From Antedon mediterranea (taxonomy: Eukaryota > Animalia > Echinodermata), in the NCBI RefSeq assembly GCF_964355755.1, contig NC_092671.1, positions 20,336,001 through 20,400,000 on the forward strand: a stretch of 64,000 nt of DNA. Reading direction: 5' to 3'. Within the stretch, counting starts at the first letter, position 1; the number at the start of each line of letters is the position of its first letter. Shown piece by piece: positions 63,776-64,000 of this stretch. The translations under genes and the position numbers were made by a program. The notes under the pieces were generated by a model, which ran no database searches, was not told where the DNA came from, and saw nothing but the letters and a program-made list of their open reading frames with translations.

Positions 63776-64000
63776 ACTAGATGGTGAGCTCGCTTCGCTC
63801 GCTCCCCTATAGGAAGTGTAAACAATGGTTCTCGGAATGATAATGACTCGGGTAAAAAGGTTTTAGAAGGACGTTCTCCTTGTACGTTTTCTGTCGGTTA
63901 CCATTATTGAAAATGCTTGACATTCGAAAAACTAAACCTACTCTGTTTCACAGTGTCTTAGATGATTAATAACATTTCAAAGTATAGTGTTTATTGTTTG
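63776..64000 (-). repeat. Helitron/Helentron-like terminus and dispersed repeat shared with 45715-45830
   Basis: aactagatggt..gctcgcttcgctcgc mirrors the 52199-52237 end; tcggttaccattattgaaa...tgtttcacagtgtcttaga also occurs at 45721-45800. Confidence 0.55.

Overview
AT-rich, intron-containing animal genomic DNA; no prokaryotic features, rRNA, CRISPR or intact tRNA genes were seen. An invertebrate deuterostome, possibly an echinoderm, is inferred from gene content and a Deu-type SINE, not proven. Four host genes were reconstructed by hand from splice sites and reading phase. (1) The 3' part of a MEGF10/Draper/CED-1-like EGF-repeat membrane receptor (+, 1210-5533). (2) A small secreted neuropeptide-precursor-like gene (-, about 9968-11432) predicted to release a disulfide-bridged, amidated peptide RPNGCPPQGCRIRSRQRW-NH2 that I cannot place in a known family; this is the most interesting item. 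(3) MEIOC (-, 24203-28033, possible first exon near 34730). (4) The last six coding exons of cubilin (-, 47957-61360). The rest is dense with transposon material: two Academ-type elements with TAG...CTA ends and 3-bp TSDs, a two-gene PIF/Harbinger relic abutting its own MITE, a pogo/Tigger deletion derivative, Helentron-associated elements, L2/CR1/RTE/Penelope fragments, tRNA-derived repeats, minisatellites and a TAGGCCTA low-complexity tract. All homology calls are from motif recognition, not database searches.
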